From: Octopus vulgaris
Lineage: Eukaryota
Direction: 5' to 3'
Length of the DNA stretch: 64,000 bases
Assembly: GCA_951406725.2 (NCBI GenBank)
Contig: OX597815.1
Coordinates: 24,552,001-24,616,000, forward strand
Below, piece after piece: positions 40,290 to 54,314 of this stretch (positions within the stretch are counted from its first letter, which is position 1; every line of letters starts with the position of its first letter). A program made the translations under genes and the position numbers. The notes beneath the pieces were generated by a model, which did not search any database, had not been told where the DNA came from, and was given only the letters and a program-made list of their open reading frames with translations.

Positions 40290-43200
40290 TGTTGCTCAAC
40301 ATAAACCCAAAAGTTAGTAATGCTTAGACCTGAATGCATGAAGAATAGTTTCATTGCTCTGTATGTGTCTCAGACTTCCCAATTGATAGGAGTTTTGTAT
40401 CTGTTGAGTTTATCTTGAAATGGCAATGACCCTAGGTAGCATGGTCAGTCCAATAATTTCTAAAACTTATCTATAGTTTCTGAGCAGAGAAAATCTTCCA
40501 GAATAGACCATCCAATACATTCTCATTGATGCCCTGAATTTTCTCCAAGAAACTCTGAGCTTTCCTTCCCAGCACTAGTCTGCTATAAATTATTAATCTA
40601 GAAGCTCCTCCAGCTGCAATACCCAGATGGTAAGGGTTGTGAGTGTCTGGGAATATCTAAGATGCCAAGTATCAGTTTGAATCTTTGCTTGATCCAGAAT
40701 TGAAGCTCTGTCAAAGTGATGGGCTGTGGAAAGTTATTGCTAACAAAGTGTGACGACATCTCTCAAATAAAACTAAAAAGGGAAACATAAATATAATTTT
40801 ATCTAGGATTTTTTTTGATCATTCACCCCACCCTGCTTTTGTTATAACCAATTTGTGTAATTTAGTATTTTTCACATTTTGTCAGCTTTCTAATGTTTGA
40901 AACATTAACATTACACACTCAGTACTCTTGCAAATGTATCTCTGCATAATGACAAAACAATAAGCTTTTCAAAGAGAGTTATGAGGAAACAAAATCAAGT
41001 AAGCAGGGAATGGTCCAAAACTCCTAAAAAAATACTTTTTTTTAAACAGAATTTTTATCAGTATAATCAGAATCTACACCCTTGAAAATATATCTCTGCA
41101 AAATTTCATTGAAAAATGTGCATCTATTAGAAAATTGTGAGCAAACAAATTTGGAAGAGTACCAAATTATAGTTTTGCCAAAAATTTCATAAATGTAAAA
41201 GCAATTATGAATGAAAAAAAAAAAAGGCATCAGAGGGGCGATGCATACCATGTGAGCACACAAGGATAAAATAAAATTTAATTTAATAAATATATTCTCA
41301 GATGAATTCATATTTCAAAAAAATGACATCAAGAGTTATTTCTCCTGCTTATCGTTTATAATTATATAAACAAAGGAAAAAACATTTTGATTCACTCATC
41401 TGCCAGTTTTGAAAATAATCAAACCAAAATAATGAATTTGAGCCACTCACCCGATGAGTATTTCTGCTAAATTTGGTGAAAATCTGTTCAGCCATTTTCT
41501 AGTAATTTTGCAAACACGCAAAGATGAGCAACTACAATACTCTGTTTTTGCTTACACATGCAAGTCAATTAATATATTTTTCCCTTTAATAAAAAGTGCA
41601 TAGCCTTTAGGTAAGAAATTTATCAATGGTTTCTCACAGTTTTCATTGGATGCGCCATTTTTCATCATTAGTAAAACTATCATAATTTTTAATCACATGG
41701 GTATATTAGTAAAAATGAATAAAAATGAATACAAAATATCACTAAAGGCTTAGGGGCTATTTAATGAAGGATGAATAATTAATTATTCATTGTACCTCAA
41801 GTGATAATCAAGATAAAAAACAAATGATGGCAGAACATTGGAATTAATAAAAATTCTTCTAATAATCATGAGAAATCGATAATAAAGAGATGCACTACAC
41901 TAAGACAATATTATAATAAAATCATACAATAACAATTAAAAAAAAAAACTACCTTTCAAAACTGTTATCCTACACAGGTTTCCCTCATTCTGCATTTTTT
42001 CAATCATTGTTAGCTTTACCCACTTCACAAAATATAATTCTCCCTCTTCTACACAACATCCCAATCATCTTTCATCCACCTTTGTGCATTGCCATCTATG
42101 TTTCCAGAGATTTTCACACATGCATATTCACACACACCTTTCATATATTTTTAAGTGTTTCTTTTCTAAGTATTTGTTAATGAAATCTTGCATGTATTTT
42201 CCCCATGTATCTTCCTTGTAAATGTCTCATATTTCCTTCATGTTTTCTTTATATCACCCTTCATATCACAATCAAATTTATATTAAATTGTATTATTCAA
42301 ATAAGTCCATTGATAATCTCGAATTCAGTTATAGGTGCATTACAAAACTACTATGCACTTATTAATGAATCATTAATTAATGAAGCATATGCCTGCCAAA
42401 TCCTTCACTTCTATATCTGATGGTGACATTGAAATCATTTTACATGCTAGCAAAATCTTGGTACTTCACTATGGATCTATTTGGATCCATTTAGCATGTG
42501 GGCAAATGGCTCTGTGGAACTTGGTGATCATATCAGATTGTGTATTCTACACATCCTGAGGACCCATTTCGTGGGTATAGATGGAGGTTTGTACTACATT
42601 GATAGATAACTAAAATTATATGAGGCCAACCTGCATATGACTAATAGGCTTAGAAACAAGGTTTTACATATTACCATTAAATAAATCTGACCCAAGCCAA
42701 CTTCCTCAGCACTGAGCTAGACATAATTAGGTCTCTATATTATCCTTTTCATAAACTCAACGAATCCCTACATTACATCCATCAGCAATTGAATCACCCT
42801 TAGAATATTACTAGAAATTTACTTAATTCTTTGACAAATACATATTAGGGGTGACACGCTTGATGGTTTTAGATGCAGCTCAACAAAAACAAAAGAACTT
42901 CGACTTCTCTTATAATCATACTTGTTATGAGCCAATGTGGGAGGCTCTAAATAGTTATTGGTCCTGCTAGAAATAACAAATTCTTTCATAAATTGTAACC
43001 TGCTATCTTTAAAATGGCAGGACATATTGGATTATAGTCTGAGGTATAATCTGAATGAAATGTAGGATAGTCACAGCTGAAACATCTGTAATCACAGGCC
43101 AGCTCAATTGTTGCTGACCAGGCACAAAATACAAAACTGTACTTGTTACTTGGCAACCAATTAATCAAACTGCATCGTTAGAATATACATGTCACCAGCT

Positions 43201-44067
43201 ATTATATATCTGCTATTATTTCAAGCTACTATCTTGGTTAAGCAGAGCTTTCGAAATACACCCACCACCATTTTCCTGTAATTGCTATCAAATATGATAA
43301 ATAAATTGTAAGATACATTCAAACTTAAGCTTCTGTAACCCTAACCCTAACCCTAAAATGCTAGAGTAAATCACTCCTTTACAAGTTCTATTGTTAATAG
43401 ATTAAGTACAATTTTATTGTCAACAATTGAGATTATTAAATATAATTGAATTTAAATTGGAATCAGTGTTGTTTGAAAACTATCCTCATCAATTCTATAT
43501 CGACTTTACTTTGTAAAAATACTGTTCCGTCATTTAAAGAATTTGAACATGATATAAGACCATCCAAGGAAAGAACATGATAGTAGTAGAGTTATGGCTG
43601 ATTAAATGTATAATTTTGAGCACACTGAAAAAAGAACATGAAATATGAATCTTATGTCTATATACCGAATGTGTCTAACATACCTTAATTCCTAAATAAA
43701 GAAGAAAGTGATGAAAAATTAGTAATTCTTAAAGTCTATACAAAATCAAAGTCTATATAAGTTTTTTGACAGACAGTATGAGTGTTAGTAATGTAATTGT
43801 TTTCCAGACATATATAGACAATATAAGTGACTAATAGAGGCAATTGAAGACTTTTAAAAATGGCTTTAGCAGATATAGTATGCTGATGGAATCATCCAAG
43901 ATAATAAGATATGCAATGCAATATCTTATTCCTGGTATTTTGTATACCATAAAGTATGGAATGTTTCATGGATACTTTGCTATGTTGAAAAAAAACAACA
44001 AAAAAAAAACAATGATATAATTGCTGACTATGTAAAAATAGATAAATAATATAAAACATATTGTTAC

Positions 44068-44179
44068 CTTTTCCCCATAATCAATATCGACAGTCATCAT
44101 TTTTTTCAAAGTTTGAAGTACCTTGATACATAATCTTTCCTCTTTCTCCTCCAGTAAACGTTCTGTGTGCTTGATCAGT
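44068..44179 (-). CDS. ITPR: IP3 receptor exon ([37 protein letters not shown]), just before the SII site
   Basis: 112 nt, phase 2/0, AAG|GTAACA donor. Confidence 0.95.
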
Positions 44180-45040
44180 CTGAAAAATTATAAGAAGTGG
44201 TCAATGTGATTTTTTTGGATAATTGACTGTGGATCAGTGATGAACTAAACTGGATCCAACTTTCTGGTTATAGTTTGCTTAATTGATACATATTCCTATA
44301 ACGTCTACATGCTTTGAGAAACATTTTACTAACAAAAATGAACTAATTAGAGATGGGCCAGTTTGGCTCCAATTAGAGATTTTTGTCCTATTTTTGTTAC
44401 AATTCTTATTACAAGACTAAATTGGTATAGGACAGAGGATATATATGTAAATGGAAAAACATGTTATTTACATCCAAAACCAACTGAAGCAGAAGTGTAA
44501 AATGTATGATCCATTTGATATAATGGCATTCAATAAATAAGAACATAAATAATAGCATTCAACTAGAAATAATCTAAAACAAGTTAATATCAGATACATT
44601 TTGTTTGTTAAAAACAAAAGGATACTGTGACATTAAAAGCTTTCCTTATAAATATTAATAAAAGAGAAGTGTAGTGAACCCTGGCAGTCAAGCAGGTAAG
44701 CAAAATGAAAAGGGATTTAACGAGAGTAATCTCCCTCAACCTTCTAGAAAGTTCTTGAACATTCTAGAAGCTTCCAGGTCACCCCTTATAAAAAGGAACA
44801 GATTTCTAAATTTGCGCCACTCATGTCTGTCGATTCAAAGACAAGCATTGGGTCAGGCCACTCACATATGCACTCGTATGCATGTACATTTGCTTCATTT
44901 ACATGGAGGTGTGGTTGCAAAAGAATATGTTCATGTGATGTTACAAGCTTTCCTTCAGTTAACCTTATATGTTAACGCATTACCTTCAGTAATAAATAAT
45001 TTGTATCCATTAGATCTCTCCGTTTTCAAACTTAATAATT

Positions 45041-45075
<35 letters not shown>

Positions 45076-46425
45076 GTGCAGGTGGCACATAAAAAGCACC
45101 ATTTGATCGTGGCCGTTGCCCTTACCGCCTACGTGCCGGTGGCACGTAAAAGCACCCACTACACTCTCGGAGTGGTTGGTGTTAGGAAGGGCATCCAGTT
45201 GTAGAAACTCTGCCAGATCAGATTGGAGTCTGGTGCAGCCATCTGGTTCGCCAGACCTCAGTCAAATCATCCAACCCATGCTAGCATGGAAAGTAGATGT
45301 TAAACGATGATGATAATTTCACAAATTCTTATTTTTTTGTCATTACATACAAAATGGTGATCCCTCTTTCTCTCATGCTTAGTAAATTATAGGATGTCAC
45401 TTAATCAACATCACTATAGAAGCAATGCTAATTAAGAACTGAAGCTTGGCTGTTGATTCAATCTATTGAAAGCATACAAGTTAAACAAACTATTTTGCAA
45501 CCAAGTGGTTTTGAGTTCAATGCCACTATACAGCAACTTGGGCAAGTGTCTTGTATGATAATGATACCCTCAGGTCAGCCAAAGTTCTACAAGTAAAACA
45601 TTGTAGAGGTAAAGTGTGTAGAGGCCTGTATGAGGAACTGTTCCAATTCTTGTGTGGTAAACTTAATCCATGTTGTGTATGGAAGTAAGATGAAGGTCAA
45701 CCAATGAAATGAATCATTCACTCAAACGTATCTATCAAAACTGCAAGCTAACTACAACACCTCTATGTGGTTGATCAATCTGCTAGAAATGGCAGTCAAA
45801 TCTTCCTTGAACCACACTATATTGTCCTAAAAAGAGGCAGAACACATTGGATATGGCCCTAGATATACTATATCTGAAAGAAAGTTAGGATGTTCATAGC
45901 TGGAATCATCATCATCATCATCATCATCATCATTTAATGTCTGCTTCATGCTAGTATGGGTTGGACGATTTGATTGAGGGATGGCGAGCCAGATGGTGGG
46001 ACCAGGCTCCAATCTTGATCTGGCAGAGTTTCTACAGCTGGATGCCCTTCCTAACGCCAACCACTCTGAGAGTGTAGTGGGTGCTTTTATGTGCCACCGG
46101 CATGGGGGCCAGTCAGGCGGTACTCTGGCAACAACCTCGCTCAATTCTTTTTACACATGCCACTAGCACAAGTACCAGTAAGGTGATGCTTATACATCCT
46201 CTGAATAATAGTTGACCTGGGGCTAAACAACAATTAAAATTGTACTATCATGTAGAAATTCTTGCCAATTTTTTTTTAAATGGTGCATGACTGATAGAGA
46301 TAGCTACATAGAAGCTGATAACTAGATACATATATAGCTGTAGATGAACAGATAGAAATAAAGTTATATGAATATAAATATGTTAAGAGATTGATAAAAG
46401 AAAAATGACAGAATCAGAAACATAC

Positions 46426-46574
46426 CTAGAAATAAAACCTCCACTTTCACATTTGATACGAGCTTCTGTTCCATGAACGAACAAGAGCTCGGGATGGTGA
46501 AGGACATCAACAAGCACAGACATCTCAGCTTGGACTAAAGGTTTCAGCTGTTCTTCCAGAAGAGCTACAATTTC
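46426..46574 (-). CDS. ITPR: IP3 receptor exon ([32 protein letters not shown]...CESGGFISR)
   Basis: 149 nt, phase 0/2, within ORF 46383..46676. Confidence 0.96.
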
Positions 46575-48519
46575 CTGTAATTTAAAAGATGTCATTTCTG
46601 CATGAAAGGTTAATAAACCCATGCTTACCATTTTTTTTTTAATGTAGAGTAAGTTTATAGATGAGAACAGTTTCAATCTAGGTTTTAATTCAAAGATTTC
46701 ATCTTATTCATAATGCATAGAAATATGTGCAGATGCATTTATGTACACCCATTTTACGTGTGTGTATATGTGTGTGTTTGTGTGTGTGTGTGTGTGCATG
46801 CATGTGTGTGTGTGTGTGTGTATTAGCAAATAGCCATATGAGAAGTTCAGTCCATTTCGGCAGGTCTGGAATAGCTGGAATCACATCATATGATACAAGT
46901 TTCTCTTGAGGGTATGAAACATTTCATAGCATGAATACAAAGCTAAAGAGAAGATTTATAGACATATTCCTCTCACCCCTGCTATTGTTGCTCAATGCAA
47001 GGCAGGCTTTGCTGGCCATAGCTACTGTGTTGAAGACCAGACCATATTGAATGCTATATTTTGGAGACTTTGACATTCTAACAGATGACAAAGACCACTC
47101 AATTCCATTGATGTTGTTGGCAGAGGCACACAACATGAAACTGGTAAAGCATGGTGAAATGCATCTCAGTCGTGACCACTTCAAGAAGGTTATCATTTTA
47201 AAGCAATCTTAAGAATGATAATTGTACATTTACTGATGAGAAGACTCAATACTAAAAGTAGAGTCAAAATTTTTATGTCAGTTTTATTTGTTTTGCCCCA
47301 ATTCAGGATTGTATTTGCAAATAAGGCAACTCACTTCTCTCTTCCTATTTTTCCCTCCAGCTTTCTATCATTAACTGTTTGAACGCCACCCAGTTCAGAT
47401 GTCTTCTCTTTTCTGTTATTTTCTATTCCCTAGGTGAAAGTCTTCCCTATATTTTTCTCTTGACACTTGTTCTGTCTTGGTCATAAGAATATTTACGTTT
47501 CTTGTTTGTCCTTCTTGTTTGTCCCTCATTTGCTTATTTTATCACCATGTTCTGTAATAGTGTCATAATAGTAGCCACAGTTGTTATCAAACACTGCTAA
47601 ACATTGTAGTCTCATCAGAAGGTATTCAAAACCAACCAAGGAAAATGTTTAGTTGACATCAAATGAAAGGAATCAATTCATTTCGGCCTTGTTTTACCAT
47701 TTTGTTTTGTAATGTCTGTTCATGCTAATCTCTTCCTCTTTCCATTCTGTTTATATAACCTCTTGTTCTTAGACAATCTACTTCTTATTTTCACTTGACA
47801 ATAAAGAAAAAAAGTTTTTTTTTTGTTAATGCTCTGTTTTTAAAATTTTATGTGTTTGTGTCTGGTTTTTGTCTTTTATACTTCTCACCCAGGGTAGATA
47901 TTTTTTCACACACACACACAGATATAAATATTTTGAAAGTCTGCTGGTATTGTGGAAAAATGTTTTCAATTCATGATAGTCATCGATTAAAGGTTTAGAT
48001 TATTAATCAGAATTTCATATTTGATCGTTAATGTTGCTTTTGTTGCTCTTGAACAAGATATTGTAATACACACTGTCTCAAGATGTAATACACTCAAACA
48101 ACCTATTTGTAAGTTTCTAGGACCAAAATCAAATCCAGCTGATCCTTAACTAACCAGTAGAGAAAATGGATAATAGCAGATAACAGAAGACATTCAAGTA
48201 AATATAGAAAACTAAAAAGTCACCTGACTATGGCCAAGGTATCAAAGTACATCTTCGTACAGTTATAAGTTTAAATCTTACACCTTTTGTGCAGAATACT
48301 TAACTTTGTTTGCCATAATTTTGCTGATGGAAGAAAAACAGCTTTCATGCCAAGCAGTAGGCAGAATACTCAGGTGTAATAAGTGTAATAAAAATATAAT
48401 CATGGGCATAAAAATACTGGATACATAAATAAGAAATAAAACGCAAAACAGAACTGAAGCAAGGAATTTTTGCAAGAAGTGACTAACGATACATATGAGA
48501 AGGTCAGGAACTCACTCAC

Positions 48520-48698
48520 CTGTAAACCTTCAATGATGACTCTATAATCCCGGGACACAGTACTTGAATGAAGAGACTCTCGTTTTCTGCCAGTAGCTAT
48601 CCAATGCTTGGTGTGTTTCATGACAATCTGAGACTTCTCAAACAAATTCTTTACTTGTGTGGCTAAATCAACAGGAATTGCAATACTGCGGTTCTTTG
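48520..48698 (-). CDS. ITPR: IP3 receptor exon (AKNRSIAIPVDL...RKRES...SRDYRVIIEGLQ), first PKA-site motif
   Basis: 179 nt, phase 1/0, CAG|GTGAGT; RKRES at the position of vertebrate IP3R1 RRDS. Confidence 0.94.
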
Positions 48699-49865
48699 CT
48701 GCAACAAAAATCAGTAGAAAAAGGTGTGAAAAATTAATAAGAAAGGTGGATGGGTAATCCTTTATTTTAATCAGTGAAAGTTTACATTGTCTGTAATATG
48801 GTCTAAGTAAGAAAATAAAAGATGGGTGGTGTTTGATAACTTACAGTAATAATATAATAATATAGTAATAATTAGCAATAACTAGTACAGAAATTTCAGA
48901 TTTCATAAGTTTTTTAAAAGAAGTTTAGAAGCATAATAGTGGTTGGTTGCTTGCCTTGTCATGACATAATGGCAGTGGTATATGGTAAAATAGTGATGTA
49001 GCAATATAGTGCAGTCATAGTGGTGGTATAATGTCATACTGATACACTAGCACTGTGGTATAGTAACATAGCACCATCAGGACTGAGTGATATTGTATCA
49101 TAGTAACAGAGTGACATGAACATATTTATATTTTTTTTTTTAAAAGTAAAGAAATTTATGGCCTTATCAGAGGAATGACGTTTTCAGACCTCTGAGACTA
49201 ATGTAGGAAAGTGGGTGGAAAATCTATGATTCATGTATTGCTGAAGCAGGAAGCAACACATCAAAGTATAGAATTAGCATCATGCAGCAGAAGTGTTAAA
49301 ACCAGTCTCCCTGGTGGTGAGGATTGAGCAGCAAGAGTCCTGTGCCGATGTCATGTAAAAAGCACTCGTAAAAGTGTCATGTAAAAAGACATAATTGTAT
49401 TATTTTCATAGCTATATGAAGCCTCAGATGGCCGGAGAGTGGCTCACAAAGGAGTTGGTAAGTGATGCCAAGACACCCTCAGCCTTCTTGGCAAGGTGTA
49501 GTGATATATATGTTGGACATAGACTGTAATATAATTGCATAGTATCATAGTAGTATACAAACACGACAGATAGTAATAGGGAGAAATAGTAATATAGTTG
49601 CACAGCAACATACTGGTATAATGATGTGCTAGACAGTAACAGTGGCATGGTAATGATTGCATAGTACCATACTGGCATATTTTTGTACTAGCACTTGACA
49701 TAGGTAATATAGTTGGATAGTACTAGCATGGTATACTAATATCACAGATAGTAACAGAGTAACTTGGTATTATAGTCATACCTTAGCATAGTTATATATT
49801 TATATGGTAACATTCTAGATATTAATAGCAAGGAAAAAGACATGTATAAATGAAAAATATCTCAC

Positions 49866-49986
49866 CAATATCAGCAAGAGTTTTGATGCAATTTTCAACA
49901 TTATATCGTTGCACACCATTCAGCCACAAACATTGGGACAATCGGTGTACACCCTGAAGTAGTTTTATAAACACAGGTTGCCTTGT
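49866..49986 (-). CDS. ITPR: IP3 receptor exon (TRQPVFIKLLQGVHRLSQCLWL...VENCIKTLADI)
   Basis: 121 nt, phase 0/1, G|GTGAG donor; conserved TRQPVF..LLQ. Confidence 0.94.
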
Positions 49987-50108
49987 CTATTGAACAAAAA
50001 AAAAAATGTATTTCGTGAGATAATTGATAATAACCATTGGAGCGTTTCAGTGAAATTTGTATTTCACAAAGTATCTGACAATTACAACATAGAACTATAA
50101 AGCTTTAA

Positions 50109-50325
50109 CCTTTTTCATTACTGTATTTATTTTGAGATGCTCTGTGCTTCTTTCATTTAATTTAAATATAACAAAGAATTTAGTAAAATAACTTATCATT
50201 AAGCTAGTGTTAGGAACATAAATTGCGACTAAGGTTTGGTGGGAGATTTTAATTCAAAACGTTTGAAAACAAGACATTTGTACTCAGAGCCAGAGCCGGT
50301 TTCAGCTAGGTTGGTAACAAAAGGG
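50109..50325. mobile_element. piggyBac-like MITE
   Basis: TTAA on both sides; short imperfect TIRs cctttt../..aaaaggg. Confidence 0.65.
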
Positions 50326-50898
50326 TTAAGAAGCTAAATTATTTCTATAGTAAGTATTACAGTTAAAAAAAAAAAAGATAACTTGTAAACCTTTTACTCT
50401 CTATTATCTATAATTTGATTGATTTGACACAGGATGTTCTTTAGTTTGATTTCTTTTAGCTTATTAATGCCAACCATTCTGGTATTTAAAAGAAAATATT
50501 TATTTTCAGCTGAGCTGATGGAGGTAGTTAGATAATACTTCTTATATTTTCAGTTAGACTGACGAACAAATAGATAATATTTCTTCTCTATATCATATAT
50601 TTTAAACAAGACTTTAGGCAGCTAGACTGATGAAAGATGGCAGTAGTTAGATAATACAGCTTACCTATGTTATATATTTTAAAGCAGATTGATGAAAACA
50701 GGTAATTTATCTTGATTATGAACACAAAGAAATTCCAGGAGTAGAAAATGTTTTAATTAGTTTTTCGACATCTAACAACATGACTTTGAAACTTTTGAAT
50801 GTCAAACACAGTTACTTATTTTATTTAGTTGTTAAAATGCCAAGGAAAAAAAAAGCAAGAAAATAAAATAAAATCAAAGACAAAAATTGAAGCCTTAC

Positions 50899-51027
50899 TT
50901 GAACAGTAGTACTTTGATCAGAGAAGGGGGAATTAAAAAATGTTGTGATGATACTAGTAATTATAGTGGTAACATATTGTTCAAGGACAAGGTCAGCATG
51001 TTGTCGGTCAGTTGTTGCATTGCTCAC
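50899..51027 (-). CDS. ITPR: IP3 receptor exon ([19 protein letters not shown]...[14 protein letters not shown])
   Basis: 129 nt, AG/GT, within ORF 50821..51039. Confidence 0.95.
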
Positions 51028-51149
51028 CTGTAAAGACAAAGGAAAGGATTAACTATATAAACAGTTATAAAACCAAACATCATAACCTTCACAACCAGGA
51101 AACATCTTTGAATCTTACAAGTGATGTTATAAGGATTTCAATAATGACA

Positions 51150-52065
51150 TTGATAACCAAATTTATGACATAAAAACAACAATCATAATTTTGTGAGATA
51201 ACAAACATAACGCTTTGTTAAAAACTTCTAATAAAATTAAATTACGGGTGGCTCTATACATAAATTCTTTTAAGAATAGAAATTTAATTAATTCTACTGG
51301 CCTTAGTAAATATATATGGGAACTAAAATCTAAAAGTATTAAGTACAATTTAAATTGGGAGATAGTTTGTAAGGCAAAATCTTATCGAATAGGTAGTAAT
51401 TTTTGCTTATTATGTACTAATGAATTTAAGGAGATATTATTAATTAATAATAAAAATTTGGTTATTTCCTTGGATGAACGAAAAATTAAATGTAGACATA
51501 AGTTAAATTACTTATATAATAAGTTTAGCTAATTTGTGTATATATATAAACCCTATTTTATGTTACTAATTGTTGTAGTTATAATTTGTAGTAGTAAAAT
51601 GTGTATAAATTATTACAAGATTATAAGATTAAACTAAGATGTTTATAAAATAAATAGATAAATTAATGAAAATAGATTAAATTATAGAAATTTAGCTTAA
51701 TTCATGTATATTATATATTTTACATATTTTAGTTTTAAATTATTTAGACTTTAAAATTTTCCAGTAAATGGTATATTATAATTAATTTTTTCGTATTCTC
51801 ACAGCTAAAATAGATTTTGTCATTTTAACAACTTAAATACATATTTCTATCTATTTATTCTATAATTTTTATTTATGCCATATTTTCACGCAATATATTT
51901 CTTATAAACGCTAAGTTCTATGTATTATATTTAAAGTTTTAGTTAACAGAAATTCTTTGATAAGATAAGTTATGGTTTTATTTTAAGTAATATTGTTAAA
52001 ACACATATTTTTCTATATTTATTTGATGATAATTATAAGTTAAGATACGTACATTTATTTTATTA

Positions 52066-52097
<32 letters not shown>

Positions 52098-52360
52098 TTA
52101 GACCTGATGAGTGACTATATTTTTAAATAGAATTAATTTTAGATCAATTTAATTTCAAAGCGAATTGATTTTATTATCATTATCTACTTGAAAATATAGC
52201 AACGAAACGTGCGTAGTCAATATACTACTATTTACTATTTATTGTTTATGTACTTTATTGATTTTTAGAATAAGGTTTTTATAGCATATTTTTTTCTATA
52301 TGGTGTGAATAATGTCTTTCACTATTGAATTGCTTAATAGAGGTTTTTCTCTAAATTATG
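51150..52360 (+). mobile_element. Penelope-like element 3' remnant (GIY-YIG C-terminal region, Naiad-like) with hammerhead
   Basis: ORF 51215..51532 STGLSKYIWELK..LNWEI..AKSY....CLLC..E...KCRH; AT-rich tail with hammerhead motif. Confidence 0.75.
52101..52218 (+). ncRNA. Type I hammerhead ribozyme motif of a Penelope-like element
   Basis: gac-CTGATGA-long stem II (ctatatttt/aaaatatag)-GAAA-cgtgcg-TA-gtc. Confidence 0.75.
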
Positions 52361-52405
52361 TATCATCATCATTGTTTAATGTCCGTTTTCCATGCTAGCA
52401 TGGGT

Positions 52406-52436
<31 letters not shown>

Positions 52437-52564
52437 AAAAATAAGCAACCACAAAATTTATATATAAGATTAGAATTAAGTTTTGAAGAAAGAAAGTAGT
52501 CAAGTGACACAATGTTAATAGAAGTAAGGATGTAAAAAAAACTAAAGGTTCATTATTTACTTAC

Positions 52565-52690
52565 AATGGCCATGTCAAGTAAAAAGTTTTCAAACAATGT
52601 CCATAAATGATTACTCGTATAAATTTCCTTCATTTCAACTTCAGTATCTACATAGCAGTGGTTTAGAAAATTAATATAAGCTATTTTCAC
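52565..52690 (-). CDS. ITPR: IP3 receptor exon ([42 protein letters not shown])
   Basis: 126 nt, AG/GT; near-invariant IP3R sequence. Confidence 0.96.
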
Positions 52691-53352
52691 CTGCAAAACA
52701 CAAAGCATTAGAGTCAATTGTTATATGACATACATAAATAAATATAAACATAATTACATTTAATAAAAATTGAATGGAGTTTTAAGTGTCATTTGGATTG
52801 GTTCATTTATTTTACTTCAATGGAGTGGGGTGTAAAATCTATTTCATGTTCAGTTACTTTTCTCTTTCACCAAAGCAAAATAGATGTCCAATCAAAATGC
52901 TGCTTTTTAAAAAAAAAAGTTCCAGCCAGCATTTAATGCAATTGTGTCATTAAGGGTGGTCACCAGGTATCCTCTCATGGAAGCAATGGCTAGAAGAATG
53001 TAATGAACCTAGTGTATATCTTGCTAATCTATATAAGTACACATCCAATGGTATATTTTTCATTTCTCCTCAATAACTGTAGATGTGAAAGTAACCTCAT
53101 TTGTACACATGTTCTTCAAGAAAATGTTTTGTGACCAAAGGGACTTTTTCACAGTAGTCTGATCTTTCAAATTATTGTGATATTAGTTTTGGGTTTTCAA
53201 TTTTTCTTTAGCAAAATGATCCACTTTCCCTGTGTCTGTTAAAAAGGAAATTGTTCATCTAAATTTCTTGGTGGTAAAAGTATATGGTGAACTACTGAGA
53301 GAGAGTTTCCAGTAATTGTGCAAAGATTGAAAAAAATGAAAATGTAACTCAC

Positions 53353-53604
53353 CTCAGGAATACAGTTTACATCAATCACAACTTTAACAATATCATCTAA
53401 AGGCAGCAGTGAGTGACATTTGATTTCTGTATATACATTCTTTCCTTCTGTACACAAAGCTAGTAACTGTACTAAATTGATGTGGTATGCTAGAGGACTA
53501 CGCTCATCAGAGCGATGACGTTCAGATCGCATTAGTTGCACCAGAGTATCAAATGATGGTTTGTCATTGTAAAACAAAAGTACTTCCTCTCCAACACTGA
53601 TGAG
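53353..53604 (-). CDS. ITPR: IP3 receptor exon ([14 protein letters not shown]...[23 protein letters not shown]...CIPE)
   Basis: 252 nt, AG/GT, within ORF 53239..53670. Confidence 0.96.
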
Positions 53605-53979
53605 CTGCAGAAAGTCAGGAAAATAATATAAAAAGGCTTTGGTTAATCCAATAAGTGGTTTTTTCATCAATTTTCAAAAAAGTAATTCAAATCCTTATTT
53701 ATTGCAAAAAAAAAAAGGAAATAAATAGTCAATAAAACTATATGTTCTCAACAAGAGTATATAGTATTTGAAAACTAAAATAAAAAAAAATAAGAAACAG
53801 GCATACAATTTCATCATAAAAAAGTAAAAATATAATCCCTCAATTTCTTTAGAAATATGAAAATTTACCAATGTTTTAATTTTTCAACTGTATGAAATAT
53901 GATTCTAAAAACAATTCCAAATACAAATTTTTAAATAATTTTGATTTTATGTAATGTCAGATTCTTGCAAAATCCTTAC

Positions 53980-54180
53980 CTCAGCCATTACCATGTCTTG
54001 ACTTTTTCTGATGTATTGTCCTTCAGCCTTAACAATAGTTTGAAGAAACTTCAGATACTGAACGTGCCTGCCATGTGTCTCTATACAATGAACAAAATGT
54101 TGCACAATTCGTTCAGAAATTTCATTGCATAATAGTACATTATCTTCAAAAATGGATTTCATTGTCTGAGCTTCCAATAA
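53980..54180 (-). CDS. ITPR: IP3 receptor exon ([11 protein letters not shown]...[25 protein letters not shown]...MVMAE)
   Basis: 201 nt, AG/GT, within ORF 53947..54198. Confidence 0.96.
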
Positions 54181-54314
54181 CTGAAAGGAGATGAACACAA
54201 AAGGATTTTAAGATAAATAAAAGGTTCAGTAAATAGATATATCAAAAGAAAAAAGAACTGCTCTAATGCTTTTGAAGTATTAGAGCAATTCTCTGAAAGC
54301 TGACAAAACAATAT

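Noticed and set aside
43336-43356. (TAACCC)3 telomere-like repeat
   Set aside because: Too short to interpret
44674-45204. 176-aa plus-strand ORF
   Set aside because: GTG start, runs through a microsatellite and an RTE tail, no recognisable domain
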